A stretch of DNA of 64,000 bases from SAR86 cluster bacterium SAR86B (GTDB lineage Bacteria > Pseudomonadota > Gammaproteobacteria > Magnimaribacterales > D2472): positions 130,418 to 194,417 of the forward strand of contig CAJJAC010000007.1 of the NCBI GenBank assembly GCA_905181955.1, in the 5' to 3' direction. Below the pieces are notes generated by a model. The model made no database searches and had not been told where the DNA came from. It saw nothing but the letters and a program-made list of their open reading frames with translations. The position numbers and the translations under genes are program-made. Shown here piece after piece: positions 37,053 through 51,578 of the stretch. Position 1 is the stretch's first letter, and every line of letters begins with the position of its first letter.

Positions 37053-38435
37053 ATGTTTACTTCAATAGCAATAATTGGCCGTCCTAACGTAGGAAAATCA
37101 ACTCTTTTTAATAAACTTACTAAGACGCGTGAGGCTATAGTTTCAGATTTTCCGGGTTTAACAAAAGATAGAAACTATGGCTATATCAAACTTGGCAGCA
37201 TAAAAAGCTTCATCATTGATACTGGAGGAATTGGGAAAGATGAATCTAATTTATCCCAAAATATATCAGATCAAGCCTGGATGGCAGCCAATGAATGTAA
37301 TTTAATTTTATTTCTTGTAGACGGGTCTGAGAATTTAACATCAGAAGATTTTGAAATATTAAGTAGCCTAAGAAAACTAAATAAACCATTTATAACACTT
37401 TTAAATAAATCTGATAAATCATCTAAATCAGAGGCTTTAAACGATATCTCATCTAAAGGTATTAAAGACTTCTTAGACATTAGTGCAGAACATTCAAGAG
37501 GATTGGATGATTTGAAGAAGCTTTTATTACAAATGTTACCTGATAAAACTGATGATGAAATTATTGATGGAAAAAAAATAGCAGTACTTGGGAGGCCTAA
37601 TGCAGGCAAATCCACATTTATTAACAATTTTATTAAAGAAGATAGATTAGTTGTGTCAGAGGTAGCTGGAACAACAATTGATGCAATCAGAATTCCATTC
37701 ACTGTAGATGATAATGAATTTGTTTTTATTGACACAGCTGGAATTAGAAAAGGTTATAAACAAAATCATAAAGTTGAATATTTCTCTTATGTGCGAGCAA
37801 TGCATGCAGTTGAAGAAAGTGATGTTATTTTATTTTTAGTTGATTCTGAAGACAGTATTGTAGATCAGGATCTAAAGCTAATTAATATAATTGCTGAACA
37901 AGGTAAGCCAATTTTAATTGGATTAAATAAAGTTGATTTACTAACAAAATCAGAAAGATCAGAAATGTATGAAACAAAAAGACTTCAATCAAATTTTTTA
38001 AAAGATTTTGTTAAGGTAGAAGTTTCAGGAATGAAGGGGCTAGGTTTTAAAAGACTCTTTAGAATACTTAATAGTCTCATTACTAAATCACAAACTAACT
38101 ATTCAACCACATTACTAAATAAATATTTATATAAATTTATTGAACGAAGTGCGCCTCCATCTGTTGGAGGGCGTCAGCTCAAATTAAGATATGTCCATTT
38201 TGGAGGCACGCAGCCAACAACTCTTATAATTCACTCTAATCAGGATAAGAAAATTCCAGCTAATTATAAAAAATATTTAGAGAACTCTTTCAGGGAAGAA
38301 TTAGGTCTAAAAAGCATACAATTAAGAATAATTTTTAGAAAATCTGATAATCCTTTTGAAGGAAAAGTTAATAAATTAACCGATAGGCAAGTCAAGAAGA
38401 AAAAAAGGTTAATGAAACACGTAAAAAATAAGTAA
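37053..38435 (+). CDS. der: Ribosome-biogenesis GTPase Der (EngA)
   Basis: Two tandem GTPase domains (GRPNVGKSTLFN...DTGG and GRPNAGKSTFIN...DTAG) and a C-terminal KH-like domain. 460 aa. Confidence 0.95.
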   Translation: MFTSIAIIGRPNVGKSTLFNKLTKTREAIVSDFPGLTKDRNYGYIKLGSIKSFIIDTGGIGKDESNLSQNISDQAWMAANECNLILFLVDGSENLTSEDFEILSSLRKLNKPFITLLNKSDKSSKSEALNDISSKGIKDFLDISAEHSRGLDDLKKLLLQMLPDKTDDEIIDGKKIAVLGRPNAGKSTFINNFIKEDRLVVSEVAGTTIDAIRIPFTVDDNEFVFIDTAGIRKGYKQNHKVEYFSYVRAMHAVEESDVILFLVDSEDSIVDQDLKLINIIAEQGKPILIGLNKVDLLTKSERSEMYETKRLQSNFLKDFVKVEVSGMKGLGFKRLFRILNSLITKSQTNYSTTLLNKYLYKFIERSAPPSVGGRQLKLRYVHFGGTQPTTLIIHSNQDKKIPANYKKYLENSFREELGLKSIQLRIIFRKSDNPFEGKVNKLTDRQVKKKKRLMKHVKNK

Positions 38436-38575
38436 TAAATCTTATTACCATTCTGGTCTATATCTAAAATGTAGCAAAACTACATTAAATAACTCATATT
38501 TATACTACACCTAAAGGTTATTTTATATATTTGACATCAATTAGCATCTCTTTAAAAATCCGCACTACAGAAAAG

Positions 38576-38606
38576 TCTTATTTAAAATAAATAAGATTTT
38601 ATTTTT
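38576..38606 (+). terminator. Terminator-like hairpin plus T-tract between der and sdhC
   Basis: TCTTATTTA-AAA-TAAATAAGA forms a perfect 9-bp stem (38576-38596) followed by TTTTATTTTT. The stem is almost entirely A/T (one C:G pair), so stability is low. It could instead belong to the sdh leader. Confidence 0.35.
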
Positions 38607-38661
38607 ACAATTCCGTATAATTAGCTTGTAATTTGGATGCATAAAGGAACATTTGTTACTA

Positions 38662-39045
38662 ATGAAAAATGATCATAGACCAGTTAATATAAATTTACTT
38701 AAGATAAAGTTGCCAATATCGGCTTTAACTTCAATAACTCATAGGTTAGCTGGAATGTACATTTTTTTTATAACATACCCTTTATCAGTTTATTTATTTT
38801 TTCTTGCTTCAACTAACCAGGAGAACTTTACGTATTTAACAAATATGTTGATAAATAGCTCTTATTTAGCAACTTTTGTTGCTTTTAGTTTTTTAGTTCT
38901 TTGGTATCATATTTTAACTGGAGTTAGGCATTTAATAATGGATATGCATATAGGTGAATCTCTTCAAGCTAGTAAAGTTTCATCAATTTTTGTTTTATGT
39001 ATTTGGTTTATTTCAGTTATAGCAACTGCAATGGTTATCTTTTAG
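38662..39045 (+). CDS. sdhC: Succinate dehydrogenase cytochrome b556 subunit
   Basis: RPVNINLLKIKLPISALTSITHRLAGM aligns with E. coli RPVNLDLQTIRFPITAIASILHRVSGV. I prefer the ATG at 38662 (AAAGGA upstream) over the TTG at 38653. Confidence 0.85.
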   Translation: MKNDHRPVNINLLKIKLPISALTSITHRLAGMYIFFITYPLSVYLFFLASTNQENFTYLTNMLINSSYLATFVAFSFLVLWYHILTGVRHLIMDMHIGESLQASKVSSIFVLCIWFISVIATAMVIF

Positions 39046-39404
39046 TGAAAGGATCAACCATATGGTACCTTCAAAGATGTAGTTCTATCTTTATATTTAT
39101 ATATATAATTTATGTTGTTGTATTTATTATTTCCTCACTACCAATAGCATTTAATGAATGGTTTTTGTTTAAAAGCTCATTATTATTTAAGTTGTCAACT
39201 ACTACAGCATTTCTTAGTATTTTAGTTCATGCTTACATTGGTTTATGGACCATAGGAACTGACTATCTAACACCAAGAACCTTGGGCTTCCTGAATTTTA
39301 CTTTATCAAAAATTGCAGATACATCTAGGCTTTTATACAACATACTCTTCACCGTTCTTGGTCTGCTCTTATACTTTTATTTACTCTTACTTGTTTGGAT
39401 ATAG
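39045..39404 (+). CDS. sdhD: Succinate dehydrogenase membrane anchor subunit
   Basis: GTG at 39045 overlaps the sdhC TAG (TAGTG). It gives 119 aa with three TM segments and [14 protein letters not shown] (E. coli HAWIGMWQVLTDYV). The longer ORF-track start at 38997 would overlap sdhC by 49 nt. Confidence 0.8.
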   Translation: MKGSTIWYLQRCSSIFIFIYIIYVVVFIISSLPIAFNEWFLFKSSLLFKLSTTTAFLSILVHAYIGLWTIGTDYLTPRTLGFLNFTLSKIADTSRLLYNILFTVLGLLLYFYLLLLVWI

Positions 39405-39408
39405 ATTT

Positions 39409-41196
39409 ATGACAAATATAATTAATGCTAATAATATCAAAACTTTAGAATTTGATGCCTTGATCATTGGTGGAGGTGGTGCTGGAATGAGAACCTCATT
39501 AGAGCTTGCCAAGTCTGGATTAAAGACAGCTGTTGTTTCTAAGGTCTTTCCAACTAGATCTCATACTGTTTCTGCTCAAGGCGGCATCACTTGTGCTATT
39601 CAGAGCGCTGACCCCAATGATGACTGGAGATGGCATATGTACGATACAGTTAAAGGCGCAGATTTTATAGGCGACCAAGATGCAATTGAGTACATGTGTT
39701 CAGAAGGTCCAAAAGCAGTTTTTGAACTTGAGCATATGGGATTACCATTTTCTAGGTTTGACAATGGAAGGATATATCAAAGACCTTTTGGAGGGCAGTC
39801 CAAAGATTTTGGTAAAGGTGGTCAAGCCGCAAGAACATGTGCAGCCGCAGACAGAACTGGTCATGCACTTCTTCATACCTTATATCAGAATAATATAAAA
39901 GAAGGCTCTAATTTTTTAAATGAATGGTTTGCTGTTGACCTTGTAAAAAATTCTAAAAATGAAGTTACTGGAGTTATTGCTTTTTCTATTGAATCAGGTG
40001 AGGTTGCTCATTTAAAAGCACAGGCTACCGTTCTTGCCACTGGAGGTGCAGGAAGAATCTATGCGTCAACCACAAATGCATTAATTAATACTGGTGATGG
40101 CCTGGGTATGAGTCTACGTTCTGGTTTTGCAGCTCAAGATATGGAGATGTGGCAATTTCATCCAACAGGTATTTATGGTGCGGGCTCCTTAGTTACAGAA
40201 GGTTGTAGGGGAGAAGGCGGATATTTAGTAAATGGAGAAGGTGAAAGATTTATGGAAAGATATGCTCCTAATGTTAAAGATTTAGCTGGCCGTGATGTTG
40301 TAGCCAGATCAATGGTTTTAGAAATATTAGAAGGAAGAGGTTGCGGAGAGAAAAAAGATCATGTTTATCTAAAATTAGATCATCTAGGTGCAGATGTTTT
40401 AAATTCTAAATTACCTGGTATTTGTGAACTATCTAAAACATTTGCTCATGTTGATCCTGTTTATCATCCAATTCCCGTAGTGCCAACTTGTCATTATATG
40501 ATGGGAGGAACACCAACAAATATCCATGGACAAGCTTTTACAAGAATAAATTCTGAAGATGTGACTGTTCCAGGATTATTTGCTGCAGGCGAAGCAGCCT
40601 GTGTATCAGTTCATGGAGCTAATAGATTAGGAGGAAACTCTTTACTTGATTTAATTGTATTTGGAAGGGCTGCTGGAACTTTTATTCAAAAAGAACTCAG
40701 TTCAGGTGGAGGAGTTGAATCAGCATCTAATTCAGATATTGATAACTCTCTAGAAAGATTAAATAAATTAAATGAATCAAGCTCAGGTCATGAAACTGCC
40801 CCTGTTAAAAAAGAGTTACAAACATGTATGCAAAACTATTTTGGGGTATTCAGAAGAGGCGAGTTTATGGAAAAAGGTGTTGCTGAGTTGGAAGAAATTA
40901 GAAATAAAGCAGAAAATCTTTATTTAAGTGATAAGAGTGCTGCTTTTAATACAAGTAGAGTAGAAGCCTTAGAGCTTCAAAACCTTGTTGAGGTTGCAGA
41001 AGCAACGGCTATCTCTGCATTACATAGAAATGAAAGCAGAGGAGCTCATGCTAGAGATGATTTTCCAGATAGAGACGATGATAATTGGTTATGCCATTCT
41101 GTATTTGATCCAAATGATAAGTCTCTTTCAAAAAGAGTAGTTAACTTTGCTCCTAAAACCATGGAAGCATTTCCTCCTAAAGTTAGGGTTTATTAA
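39409..41196 (+). CDS. sdhA: Succinate dehydrogenase flavoprotein subunit
   Basis: ATG at 39409 gives [28 protein letters not shown] (FAD fold). Also [10 protein letters not shown] (FAD-linked His) and HPTG...EGCRGEGG. The upstream extension to 39313 is rejected because it overlaps sdhD. Confidence 0.96.
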   Translation: MTNIINANNIKTLEFDALIIGGGGAGMRTSLELAKSGLKTAVVSKVFPTRSHTVSAQGGITCAIQSADPNDDWRWHMYDTVKGADFIGDQDAIEYMCSEGPKAVFELEHMGLPFSRFDNGRIYQRPFGGQSKDFGKGGQAARTCAAADRTGHALLHTLYQNNIKEGSNFLNEWFAVDLVKNSKNEVTGVIAFSIESGEVAHLKAQATVLATGGAGRIYASTTNALINTGDGLGMSLRSGFAAQDMEMWQFHPTGIYGAGSLVTEGCRGEGGYLVNGEGERFMERYAPNVKDLAGRDVVARSMVLEILEGRGCGEKKDHVYLKLDHLGADVLNSKLPGICELSKTFAHVDPVYHPIPVVPTCHYMMGGTPTNIHGQAFTRINSEDVTVPGLFAAGEAACVSVHGANRLGGNSLLDLIVFGRAAGTFIQKELSSGGGVESASNSDIDNSLERLNKLNESSSGHETAPVKKELQTCMQNYFGVFRRGEFMEKGVAELEEIRNKAENLYLSDKSAAFNTSRVEALELQNLVEVAEATAISALHRNESRGAHARDDFPDRDDDNWLCHSVFDPNDKSLSKRVVNFAPKTMEAFPPKVRVY

Positions 41197-41205
41197 GGAT
41201 TATTT

Positions 41206-41946
41206 ATGCTAAATATTAATATATATAGATACAATCCAGAGCAGGATAAGTTCCCTTACATGATGAACTATGAGATTGAAAAACCTGAAAAGGATATTAT
41301 GGTTTTAGATCTTCTTCATCTTTTAAAAGAAAATGACCCATCTTTATCATTCAGAAGATCATGTAGAGAGGGTGTTTGCGGCTCAGATGGCATGAGTATT
41401 AATGGTAAAAATGGATTGGCATGCATAACAGCATTATCTGATGCTCTAAAAGGAGATAGGCTTGATATAAGGCCACTACCTGGACTCCCAGTTATCAGAG
41501 ATCTTGTTGTTGATATGACGCAATTTTACAATCAGTATGAAAAAATTAAGCCATTTCTTCAAAATGATACAACACCTCCAGAGCAAGAGCGCCTGCAATC
41601 TCCAGCAGACAGAGATAAGCTTGATGGTCTATACGAGTGCATACTTTGCGCTTGTTGCTCAACAAGCTGCCCTTCATTTTGGTGGAATCCTGATAAATTT
41701 GTAGGACCAGCAGCTTTATTACAAGCATATAGGTTTCTTGCCGATACAAGAGATTTAGAGAAAGACAGCAGGCTTGATGATTTAGCTGACCCATTTAGCG
41801 TTTATAGATGCCATGGAATCATGAATTGTGTTGCAGCATGCCCTAAAGGATTAAATCCAAATAAGGCTATTGGAGAAATAAAAACAATGTTACTTAAGGG
41901 TAAAAGTTCAAAAAATATCATTGCATCTGATGGAGTTACTGCGTAA
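41206..41946 (+). CDS. sdhB: Succinate dehydrogenase iron-sulfur subunit
   Basis: SCREGVCGSDGMSINGKNGLAC, CILCACCSTSCPS and CHGIMNCVAACPKG cluster motifs. Confidence 0.95.
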   Translation: MLNINIYRYNPEQDKFPYMMNYEIEKPEKDIMVLDLLHLLKENDPSLSFRRSCREGVCGSDGMSINGKNGLACITALSDALKGDRLDIRPLPGLPVIRDLVVDMTQFYNQYEKIKPFLQNDTTPPEQERLQSPADRDKLDGLYECILCACCSTSCPSFWWNPDKFVGPAALLQAYRFLADTRDLEKDSRLDDLADPFSVYRCHGIMNCVAACPKGLNPNKAIGEIKTMLLKGKSSKNIIASDGVTA

Positions 41947-41953
41947 AAACATT

Positions 41954-44784
41954 ATGAGTTACGATATGGAAAAATTCTGGGAAGATTCACATACCTCAGC
42001 TGGACACTCCTCTTATCTAGAAAGTTTATATGAATCATATTTAGATAATCCAGCAAGTGTTTCTCTTGAATGGAGAAGTTTTTTTGATGACTTGCCTAGT
42101 AATAATGGAAAACATCAAGATATCTCTCATCAGAACATTATTAATTCATATAAAAATCATAGAAGAGTTTCATTAAATTCAAACAATACGAATGAAACAA
42201 ATGATAAGCAGGTTCGGGTAGTTCAGCTTATACAGGCATACAGGAATAGAGGTCATCAGGCTGCAACATTAGATCCATTGGGTATGATGGAGAGAAAGCA
42301 AGTTCCTGATTTAGATATTGAATATCACGGCTTAGGTAAAGAAGATCTTCAGACAGTTTTTAAAACCGATACATTAAAAATTGGAAAAGAAGAAGCTACT
42401 TTACAAGAAATCATTGACTCACTTCAATCTATTTATTGTGGTGATCTAGGTATTGAGTATAACTATATTGTAAGCACTGAGGAAAGAAAGTGGTTCCAAG
42501 AGATATTAGAACCAAGTCTTGGGCAGTGTGAATTTAAAGATGATGAAAAAAGATATATATTTAATCGATTAAATTCTGCAGAAGGGTTAGCAAAGTTTCT
42601 TGCAGCAAAATATCCGGGTATGAAGCGTTTTGGTATTGATGGATGTGAGTCATTAATCCCGCTTGTAGATGCCTTAATCCAAAATTGCGGAATTCTTGGA
42701 GCTAAGCAAATTTGTTTTGGCATGGCTCATAGAGGGAGATTAAACTTACTAGTTAATGTCCTTGGTAAAACTCCTGCTGAGTTATTTTCTGCTTTTGAGG
42801 AAGATGTTGAGCTAATAGGTGCAAATACAGGAGATGTTAAATATCATCTTGGCTTCTCTTCAAACCTATTAACTCCGAATGGGGAGGTGCATGTTTCACT
42901 ATTTAATAACCCTTCTCATCTTGAGATAGTTGATCCGGTAGTTCTTGGGTCTGTTCGCGCCAGACAAGATAGAATCCATGATGAAAATAGAGAACAAGTT
43001 ATCCCAATTCTTATTCATGGCGATGCATCATTCTCGGGCCAGGGGGTAGTAATGGAATCTCTTCAGATGTCTCAAACCAGAGGCTATGGTGTTGGCGGTA
43101 CTTTACATGTAATTATTAATAATCAAATTGGATTTACTACTAGTTATAAATACGACGCTAGATCAACTGAGTATTCAACAGATGTAGCTAAGATGATAGA
43201 AGCTCCAATTATTCACGTAAATGGTGATAATCCTGAAATGGTAGTTTATGCAGCAAAGATAGCGTGTGAATATAGATATAAGTTTGGTAAAGATATAATC
43301 TTAGATTTATTCTGTTACAGAAGAAGAGGTCACAATGAAGCAGATGATCCGTCTGCAACACAGCCACTTATGTATCAAAGGATTGCTACACATCCTTCAG
43401 TATTAAAAATTTATGAAGAAAAATTAATCTCAGAAAGCATCATAACTAAATTAGACTCTACAACTTTTCAAAAAGAATATAGAGACTCTCTTGAGAAAGG
43501 ATCATCTGTAGTTGGAAATCTTGCTTTAAAACCTAATGACGATCTTTGGTTTGATTGGTCAGCTCATTTAAATCAAACATGGTGGCAAGAAACTAATACA
43601 AAAGTTAATACGAGTAAATTTTTAGAATTATCTGAAGTCATTACTTCAACTCCAAAAGATTTTACGCTTGGCAGACAAGTTAAGAAAGTACTTGAAGACA
43701 GAAAACTTATGGCTGCTGGTCAAACGCCAATTAATTGGGGCTATGCTGAGTCTATGGCTTATGCAACATTGTTAGCAGAAGGTTATCCTATTCGCTTAAC
43801 AGGGCAAGATGTAAGAAGAGGAACATTTTCACACAGGCATGCTGCTATATATAACGCTAAAGATGGAATTGGGCACATACCATTAGTAAACGTAGCAAGA
43901 GAAAGTTCTACTAGAATGGATATATATGACTCTTTCTTGTCCGAAGAGGCTGTTTTAGGTTTTGAATATGGATATTCGGCTACTTGGCCTTCTGGTTTAG
44001 TAATGTGGGAAGCTCAATTTGGTGATTTTGTTAATGGTGCTCAGGTGGTAATCGATCAGTTTATAGTTTCTGCTGAGCATAAATGGGAGAGATTATCAGG
44101 ACTAGTAATGCTTCTTCCTCATGGTTTTGAAGGACAAGGCCCAGAACACAGCAGTGCTAGGCTGGAAAGATTTCTTCAATTATGTGCCGATGGAAATATT
44201 GAGGTTTGTGTTCCCAGCACCCCAGCTCAAATATTTCATCTTCTAAGGCGACAAGCTATTAGAAAGATGAGAAGACCTTTAATTGTAATTACTCCGAAAA
44301 GCCTTTTAAGAAATCCTCTTGTTACATCCTCAGTATCTGAATTAACTGATGGAGAATTCAAATGCGTTATTGATGACGAAATAATTAATAAAGAAAATAT
44401 TAATAGAGTTGTAATGTGCTCAGGTAAGATTTATTACGATTTATTTCAAAAAAGAAATGAAGATAAAATTGATAACATCGCCTTAGTAAGAATTGAACAA
44501 TTGTATTCATTTCCATATGACGACCTAGAAAATATTTTATCTAACTACCCCAATGCGAAAGAATTTATTTGGTGTCAAGAGGAGCCAGCAAATCAAGGCG
44601 CATGGTTTAGTCATAGACATAGACTTCAAAGAGTTTTGGATAGATTTGATAGCAAAACTGAAATTAAACTTGTGAGTAGACCAGCTGCAGCAGCACCAGC
44701 AGTTGGTTTAATGAAATTACATTTAAAACAACAAGAAGAAATATTATTAAAGGCTTTAAATATAAAGTTGCAGGGAGAAAAAGA

Positions 44785-44788
<4 letters not shown>
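41954..44788 (+). CDS. sucA: 2-oxoglutarate dehydrogenase E1 component
   Basis: ATG at 41954 ([30 protein letters not shown]). Also [15 protein letters not shown] and [11 protein letters not shown]. About 944 aa. The TTG at 41921 is rejected because it overlaps sdhB. Confidence 0.95.
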
Positions 44789-48570
<3,782 letters not shown>

Positions 48571-48574
<4 letters not shown>

Positions 48575-49443
48575 GTATATTAGTAAATAAAGATACAAGA
48601 GTCATTGTTCAAGGTTTTACAGGCTCTCAAGCAACACTTCATTCAGAACAAGCTATTAAATATGGAACTAATATTGTTGGTGGTGTTACTCCGGGTAAGG
48701 GTGGTCAGATTCATCTAGATAGACCAGTTTTTGACACCATGGATGAAGCTATGAAAGCTGTTAGTCCAAATGCAGCCTTAATTTTTGTTCCAGCAGCATT
48801 TTGTAAAGACTCAATTCTTGAGGCAGCTGAATCAGGAGTAGAATTAGTAATATGTATAACTGAAGGCGTGCCTACACTTGATATGCTAATGGTTAAGAAA
48901 AGAGTTGATGAGCTTGGAGTTAGGCTTATAGGCCCTAATTGCCCTGGAATAATTACGCCTGGTGAAGCAAAACTTGGAATTATGCCTGGAAGTATTCACA
49001 TGCCTGGGTCTGTTGGAATCATATCTAGATCAGGAACACTTACTTATGAAGCAGTAAAGCAAACAACCGATCTTGGTTTAGGTCAAAGCAGTTGTGTTGG
49101 TATAGGTGGAGATCCTATTCCAGGCTCTTCATTTATTGATATCTTAAAATTATTTGAAGCTGATGATGCTACCAAGGCTATAGTGATGGTTGGAGAGATT
49201 GGAGGTTCAGCAGAGGAAGAGGCTGCAGAATTTATTAAAACTTCAATTACTAAACCAGTTATTTCGTATATTGCAGGTCAAACTGCACCTGCAGGCAAAA
49301 GAATGGGGCATGCGGGAGCTATTATTGCTGGAGGCAAAGGAACAGCGGCTGATAAGATTTCAAAATTAAAAGAATGCGGAGTTCATATTGCAGATAATCT
49401 TTTAGAGATAGGCTCAAAGACAGCAGAAGTTATTAATTTATAA
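48571..49443 (+). CDS. sucD: Succinyl-CoA synthetase alpha subunit
   Basis: [33 protein letters not shown] and GHAGAII (phospho-His). Confidence 0.96.
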
Positions 49444-50797
49444 CCTTACTAAATTTATTTGAAATCCACTGAACTCTCATACTAATTAGGACTGCAAATA
49501 CAGACAAGCCAGCAATCATAGCTATCCACATTCCTGATGCTCCTAGAGGTTCAGAAAATCCATAAAATGTTAAAAAATATCCAAATGGAACTGCCATAAA
49601 CCAATACACTAAAAGAGTAATTATCATTGGTGCAAAAGTATCTTTATAACCCCTAAGCGCTCCTATTGCTCCAATTTGAGCGCCATCGGGTATCTGAAAT
49701 ATTGCAGCAAATATCAATAGATTACTTGCAACCATAACAACCGCTTCCTCGGTTGAAAACAATGCACTTAACTGATCTTTAAAAGTAAGAATAATAACTG
49801 TATTTATAAATGCAATCATTGTGCATAAAACAATTGAAGAAATAGAAGCAAATCTTGCATCCAGCATTCTTTTAGCACCTATTAAATTTCCTACTCTTGT
49901 TGCAGCAGCTAGACCAATAGATAGCGATATTACAAAAAAGAAACTAGCTATATTCATTGCGATAGCATGACCAGCTACAATTTCTTTACCTAACGGAGAT
50001 ATAATTAAAGCTGCTCCTGAGAACATTGCTAGCTCAATAAAAATACCCAATCCTATTGGAAAACCTAATTTAAATATCTCAATAAGAGTACCCTTAGATG
50101 GAAAAGGAAGTTTTTGAAAAGGCTTGGTTATCGTATAATTTTTAGACTTAGCTATGTAGCATATTAATGCTAAAGTCATAAATACAGATACAATCGATGT
50201 TGCATAACCACAACCAACACCACCCATTTTAGGAACACCAAAATAGCCATAGACAAAAATAATATCCAATGGAATATTAATCAACATTCCTCCAAGTGAA
50301 ATATAAAAAATAGGAAGTGTTATGGCCATACCTTCGCTGTAGCAGCGAAGACAAGTAAAAATAGTTATAGCAAACATTCCAACTGATAAGGCTTTAAGAT
50401 ATTCTCCAGAAATTTTTGCAACTTCTGGATCTAGCTGCAGAAGATTTACTAAAAGATATAAATTAGGATAAATTAGTAAAAATAAACTACCTAGAAAAAT
50501 TGAAATCCAAACCACTTCACCTAACTTGTAACCAATTTTATTAAATTCCTTTGCGCCATATAATTGAGCAACAATAGGAGTGATAGCAAATGTAATACCA
50601 GCTATAAGTAGCCAAATTGGATGAGTAATAGCTGAACCTATAGCTAAACCAGCAAGGTCTGTTGAGCTAGCTCTTCCAGCAACAAGCGTATCAGTAGTTC
50701 CCATAAAGACATAGGAAACCTGAGACCCAAAAATAGGTAACCCTATTTGAAGCAAGCTTTTAAACTCATTTTTAAATTTTGTTAACAAATTTATCAC
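49433..50797 (-). CDS. norM: MATE family efflux transporter (NorM-like)
   Basis: 454-aa ORF with 12 TM segments. The N-terminus [28 protein letters not shown] is typical of MATE proteins. Its 3' end overlaps sucD by 11 nt. Confidence 0.85.
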   Translation of the reverse strand: MINLLTKFKNEFKSLLQIGLPIFGSQVSYVFMGTTDTLVAGRASSTDLAGLAIGSAITHPIWLLIAGITFAITPIVAQLYGAKEFNKIGYKLGEVVWISIFLGSLFLLIYPNLYLLVNLLQLDPEVAKISGEYLKALSVGMFAITIFTCLRCYSEGMAITLPIFYISLGGMLINIPLDIIFVYGYFGVPKMGGVGCGYATSIVSVFMTLALICYIAKSKNYTITKPFQKLPFPSKGTLIEIFKLGFPIGLGIFIELAMFSGAALIISPLGKEIVAGHAIAMNIASFFFVISLSIGLAAATRVGNLIGAKRMLDARFASISSIVLCTMIAFINTVIILTFKDQLSALFSTEEAVVMVASNLLIFAAIFQIPDGAQIGAIGALRGYKDTFAPMIITLLVYWFMAVPFGYFLTFYGFSEPLGASGMWIAMIAGLSVFAVLISMRVQWISNKFSKVIN

Positions 50798-50918
50798 TTA
50801 AAAATATTTTCGATACTTTATCATATTAAAATAGTAATTATGTCAGGAGAAAATAATCAGAAAAGATAATAGACCGTATTGGCTAAAAAAACTCAGCTCA
50901 AGAATTAATAGACGATAT

Positions 50919-51578
50919 GTGAGTTATTTTTTAAAACCTCAATTCTTAAAATTAGGGAAGGGTGGAGCTTATTTCAAGCCACAATATATAAACCTTTTTG
51001 GTAAAAATATTTCAATAGATGATTACCCGACATTAATAGGAGCTAAGGATGCCAATATCCAATTCACCACTTGGAACGTAGATACATGGGATGGAAAGCT
51101 AGATATTGGTAAATATGTTCTTATTACTCCTGGTGTAAGAATTATGGCTGCAGATCAAATTACAATTGGTGATGCATGCATGTTTGCTCATGGCGCTTAT
51201 ATTTCTGATGCAGATTGGCATGGTATTTATGATAGATCTGAACCAGTTGGAAAAACTAAACCCGTTGTTCTTAAAGATAATGTATGGATTGGCGATAGTG
51301 CTATTGTTTGTAAAGGGGTAACTATAGGAGAAAATAGTATTATTGGCGCAGGAGCTGTTGTTACAAAAGATGTGCCACCAAATTCTGTTTTTGCTGGAAA
51401 TCCTGCCAAACTTGTTAAAGTTTTAGATGAAAAAGAAGATTTTATTTCAAGAAAAGATTTTTTTGCTAATCCAAAGAAGCTAGCAGAAGATTTCGATGCA
51501 TTAGATAAATATTCATTAGGAGATAATTCCTTTTTAGGTTGGATTCAAAGTATTTTTTGGCCAGATAATACCAATTGA
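50919..51578 (+). CDS. Left-handed beta-helix (hexapeptide-repeat) acyl/acetyltransferase
   Basis: ITIGDACMFAHGAYISDADWHG...LKDNVWIGDSAIVCKGVTIGENSIIGAGAVVTKDVPPNSVFAGNPAK (MAT/WcaF-like). The first canonical start is GTG 50919, but the frame is open and protein-like from 50838 (see findings). Confidence 0.75.
   Translation: MSYFLKPQFLKLGKGGAYFKPQYINLFGKNISIDDYPTLIGAKDANIQFTTWNVDTWDGKLDIGKYVLITPGVRIMAADQITIGDACMFAHGAYISDADWHGIYDRSEPVGKTKPVVLKDNVWIGDSAIVCKGVTIGENSIIGAGAVVTKDVPPNSVFAGNPAKLVKVLDEKEDFISRKDFFANPKKLAEDFDALDKYSLGDNSFLGWIQSIFWPDNTN

Noticed and set aside
39313-39408. Long N-terminal extensions offered by the ORF track for sdhA (39313), sdhD (38997), sucA (41921), fdx (29873), ispH (61636), lpdA (45990), iscS (27922) and the DUF3604 gene (7895).
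   Set aside because: The extensions overlap the preceding conserved gene or add residues absent from orthologs. In each case a downstream ATG or GTG with an SD, or a stop/start junction, reproduces the canonical N-terminus.
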